Source: Macrostomum lignano
Lineage: Eukaryota
DNA: 64,000 bases
Assembly (NCBI GenBank): GCA_002269645.1
Contig: NIVC01000151.1
Span: 744,001 to 808,000 of the forward strand
Direction of reading: 5' to 3'
Shown here: positions 60,175 to 64,000 of the stretch, piece by piece
Numbering within the stretch: position 1 is the first letter of the stretch
Layout of the letters: the number at the start of each line of letters is the position of its first letter
The notes under the pieces: model-generated
What the model saw: the letters and a program-made list of their open reading frames with translations, nothing else
The model's database searches: none
What the model was told of the DNA's origin: nothing
Made by a program: the position numbers and the translations under genes

Positions 60175-61005
60175 CTATAGAGTGCCGCTACTCCCTGCCA
60201 GTCCTACCACAGAAAGTGCCGCTACTCCCTGCCAGTCCTACCATAGAGTGCCGCTACTCCCTGCCAGTCCTACCACAGAGAGTGCCGCTACTCCCTGCCA
60301 GTCCTACCATAGAGTGCCGCTACTCCCTGCCAGTCCTACCATAGAGTGCCGCTACTCCCTGCCAGTCCTACCACAGAGTGCCGCTACTCCCTGCCAGTCC
60401 TACCACAGAGAGTGCCGCTACTCCCTGCCAGTCCTACCACAGAGAGTGCCGCTACTCCCTGCCAGTGCTACCACAGAGTGCCGCTACTCCCTGCCAGTGC
60501 TACCACAGAGTGCCGCTACTCCCTGCCAGTCCTACCACAGAGTGCCGCTACTCCCTGCCAGTCCTACCACAGAAAGTGCCGCTACTCCCTGCCAGTCCTA
60601 CCATAGAGTGCCGCTACTCCCTGCCAGTCCTACCACAGAGAGTGCCGCTACTCCCTGCCAGTCCTACCATAGAGTGCCGCTACTCCCTGCCAGTCCTACC
60701 ATAGAGTGCCGCTACTCCCTGCCAGTCCTACCATAGAGTGCCGCTACTCCCTGCCAGTGCTACCACAGAGTGCCGCTACTCCCTGCCAGTGCTACCACAG
60801 AGTGCCGCTACTCCCTGCCAGTGCTACCACAGAGTGCCGCTACTCCCTGCCAGTGCTACCACAGAGTGCCGCTACTCCCTGCCAGTCCTATCACAGAGTG
60901 TCGCTACTCCCTGCCAGTCCTACCACAGAGAGTGCCGCTACTCCCTGCCAGTCCTACCACAGAGTGCCGCTACTCCCTTCCAGTCCTACCACAGAGAGTG
61001 CCGCT
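60175..61005. repeat. 31/33-bp minisatellite (agagtgccgctactccctgccagtcctaccac), about 26 copies
   Basis: Tandem array. Confidence 0.95.
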
Positions 61006-61803
61006 AATTAAGTTTTGGAAACCATGCAGTCTCTGCACAGGTCACCAATTTTTACGATAATTTGTTTCGTAGTAAATAAAAAGGATTAAGTTGAGGTATG
61101 GTAATAAAAGACCGGGTCACTGTGCTGTGAATATATTTCAACATCAAATACTGAGCCAGCTAAAAAAAGTTTTTATAAATGGTTTTTCATAATCTTTTAC
61201 TAGCATTACAGGTGGGTCTCGCCATGCAGATACTCTAACTGGAGGGTTGGGCAATTATTAAATAAATATAGAGATTTGAACATGCGGTTCAGCTATAATT
61301 TGAACTGCGTGACCTTGGCGCCTCCCTGAACAGCCCTGGGACGGCAGCAGTGCGAGCCTTGCTCTCTCACTGTCTAAAAAAAGTAATGACGACAGCCCCC
61401 ATCAGCTCTGGCCTTTGGATAGCCAGTGCAGACTGGCAGCCGCCCTTCCAGCCCAGTTGTTGCTAGGGAGTAGGGGGGGTGTCTGCAGACACGCGTTTAT
61501 CGCTGAGCTGCTCTGCTTCCCCGTTTTGTGCATTTTCCAAATGCGAGCGGATTAATTTAACATAGAGTGAGAAGATGCGGAGTCATTAAGCTTAAAGTTA
61601 ACTTAATAAATTCGATCATTCAAAATCTAATTAGAATTTACAGTCAGGCTTTATCGCATGTCTGCAGCTCATTGGTTCTGATGTGAGCAGTTTCCATGCC
61701 AATAAAACTATTGGTGGGTTGAAAAGTGTGTTGAAAACAAGGATGTAACTGCACTGCCCAGTCCATCTCCGTCACTTATAGTGGCTGCCGTGCAGTGCGA
61801 CAT

Positions 61804-62013
61804 CACCAGAATCTGACTACCGGCAGCTCTAATCTCACACCAGAATCTGACTACCGGCAGCTCTAATCTCACACCAGAATCTGACTACCGACAGCTCTAA
61901 TCTCACACCAGAATCTGACTACCAGCAGCTCCAATCTCACACCAGAATCTGACTACCAGCAGCTCCAATCTCAAACCAGAATCTGACTACCAGTAGCTCT
62001 AATCTCACACCAG
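61804..62013. repeat. 34-bp minisatellite reiterating a branch-point/acceptor just before the channel ATG, about 6 copies
   Basis: Unit cacaccagaatctgactaccggcagctctaatct; the last copy reads ctaatctcacaccag|cagcagATG. Confidence 0.9.
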
Positions 62014-62019
62014 CAGCAG

Positions 62020-63730
62020 ATGGCATCCAGTAAGCAGCAGAAGCAGTCGCAGTCGGAGCTGAGTGACTCCCTCTTGCAGCAGCTCCGCGAGAAGGCCCTC
62101 ATCACCTTCGCCCAGCAGACCACCGCGCACGGCCTGGTGCGCCGGGTTCCGGTCTGCGCCGCCTCATCTGGGCCCTGGCCATTGTGGGCGCCTGCATCGG
62201 TTTCTCCGTGCACCTTGCAGAGCTCGCTCAGCGGTACCTAAACTACCCGGTGAGCACCGAGTTCTCCAATGAGGGCGCCGACTTCAAGTTTCCGACCGTG
62301 ACCATCTGCCCGACCAACATGTTCGCTTACGCGTGCCAGAGGGTGGAGAGCAACTACTCGATTCCGGGTGAGCTTGCCCTTGTATATTCCAGCTTGTACC
62401 TTGGTGTCACCAGCTTCACTGGAACGTTTTAAATGACTGCACCAACTCATACACGCGTCACACAACGCTGTCTCTGAGCAGCTTTGCCAAGCACTCCCAT
62501 CTGCTCCTGCTTTTAGGTTGGAAGAAGTGTTTGTGGTGGATGATGTACGATGCTCCCTATGTTTATTATCTTCTTAACCAAAAAGATTGGAACGTCTCGA
62601 TGCCACCACATCCATACAAATACTACCCGGACGGAAAAATGTCAATACGGTTTTTGGCGTATCGAGGATTCAACTTCGCCCGGGCCTACGAGGCTGTGAT
62701 TTACTGCCGGTACAAGTTCGACGATTGCACCTATGAAAAGTTCACCGTGTACAAAGATGAAGACAGGTGAGTCTACGTTCCGGGGCAGAGATGTCTAGGT
62801 TTAAATCCTAAGAGACACTGGGACGTCTCATTAAGTCTGCAACGGGGTCTGCTTCTTCATCAAAGGAGCCGTGCGGTGTGTATTTGCCACTGCCTACTTC
62901 AGTATCTGTCTACTGTATTGAAATTGAATATGAAGTCTCTTCAATTTATCGATCGAGTAAAATACCAACTCGTGGTTTTCTCTTTCTTAAATCACCACAA
63001 AAGGGAAGTCCTCCTGAGCCGACTCTTGAGAAAGTAGATTCAACTGTGAAGCTTTTATTTACAGCAAAAGGTTTAAGTGTTGACAAGTCAGAACCGGAAT
63101 CACTTTCCAGCATGTGGTGCTACTCCTTCAGTCCTGTAAACCGAAGCATCATCAATGTGGGTAAGGGCAGCGGACTCTACCTGGTGCTCCACCTGAGAGC
63201 AGATGCTTTTCTAACTGACGAGGAGCAGATTGACTACGTGCCCGGCTTCCGAGTGGCCCTGCACGAGAAGGGTACGAAGTGACCTTTGCAGCTCTCTCGT
63301 TGAATCGAAATTTCCTAACTAGTCGGGTCATACTAAATATCATATTTGACATAGTTCATATTTGCTTAATATGAAACTTCTCATTCAAAATGTCGCTGAA
63401 TCAAAAACAGGATATCGGCCGAACATGAAGCTGGGATTCAACGCACCCTACGGCCAAAAGACGTCCGTCCAGGTGACAGCCGAGACCGTCACCAAAGTCA
63501 GCCGCAAAGACTCGCCGTGCAGCGATGAGCTGCCGAACGTCACCTACACGATGGACTTCTCCCGGCCTGGAAACTGGGAGAACCAGAGCTTCTTTGGCAC
63601 CACCGAGGACTGCGTAACGCGGCTTAAGCAGGAGGAGTTCAAAGAGACGTGCGGCTGCCTCAGCGCAAAGCTGGCGCTGCCCAGCAAACTCATGGATGGA
63701 ACAAAAATGTGTCACGGCCTGCCGGAAGAG
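62020..63730 (+). pseudogene. DEG/ENaC (FaNaC/ASIC-like) channel with a frameshift in exon 1; continues beyond the window
   Basis: Exons 62020-62367, 62517-62766, 63111-63271, 63411-63730. TTAHGL and TM1 (RLIWALAIVGACIGF), YLNYPVST and FPTVTICP are in different frames, with the shift at about 62140-62150. Cys-rich thumb CKETCGC-type region in exon 4. Confidence 0.85.
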
Positions 63731-64000
63731 GTGAGTTTACCTGCAAAATATGTCTGACAACATCCTTTCTTCAGCGATTAACCATTTGGAAGCCAAACAA
63801 AAACAAAAATGCAACCAGTTCAAAACAAAACAAGGACATGAAAAGAAAAGTGTGGCAGGTTTCTGACTCAATCTCCGTCGAGTCACTGGTTGATAATGCG
63901 TCTTCCGAATCGGAATCGAGTCTCAGTCTGTGCAAGACGTCACTTTTAGCTGTCTTTTCCTGGCCATTTGTGGGTAGGAAGGTTTAAACAGGAACTAGCA

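Overview
Eukaryotic (animal) genomic DNA: GC-rich spliced exons with GT-AG introns full of minisatellites, AT-rich spacers with MITEs, and an interstitial TTAGGG tract. The overall pattern suggests a flatworm such as Macrostomum, which is an inference only. Positions 1-9157 hold a minus-strand Ty3/gypsy-type LTR complex. It has a 499-bp LTR whose ends are a 153-bp inverted repeat, an 18/18 tRNA-Leu primer-binding site (PBS) and an 11-nt anti-PBS inside the LTR. It also has a second LTR/PBS-like junction, gag, an aspartic protease that stops with no RT/RNaseH/IN, and two accessory frames. Host genes, in order: INPP5A (11 exons, +), NEMP (4 exons, -), RPA43-like (-), two paralogous secreted His/Asp-rich repeat proteins (+), a GST (-), a broken Rab7-like gene (-), an apparently orphan Rab7 3' exon (-), caprin (3 exons, 5' end not found, -) and a frameshifted DEG/ENaC channel (+, runs out of the window). 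About 25 distinct minisatellites are present, and several are tandem amplifications of splice donors, acceptors or the stop-codon region of the neighbouring gene. Most ORFs in the supplied track are repeat or antisense artefacts. Repeat coordinates are approximate and were read by eye.
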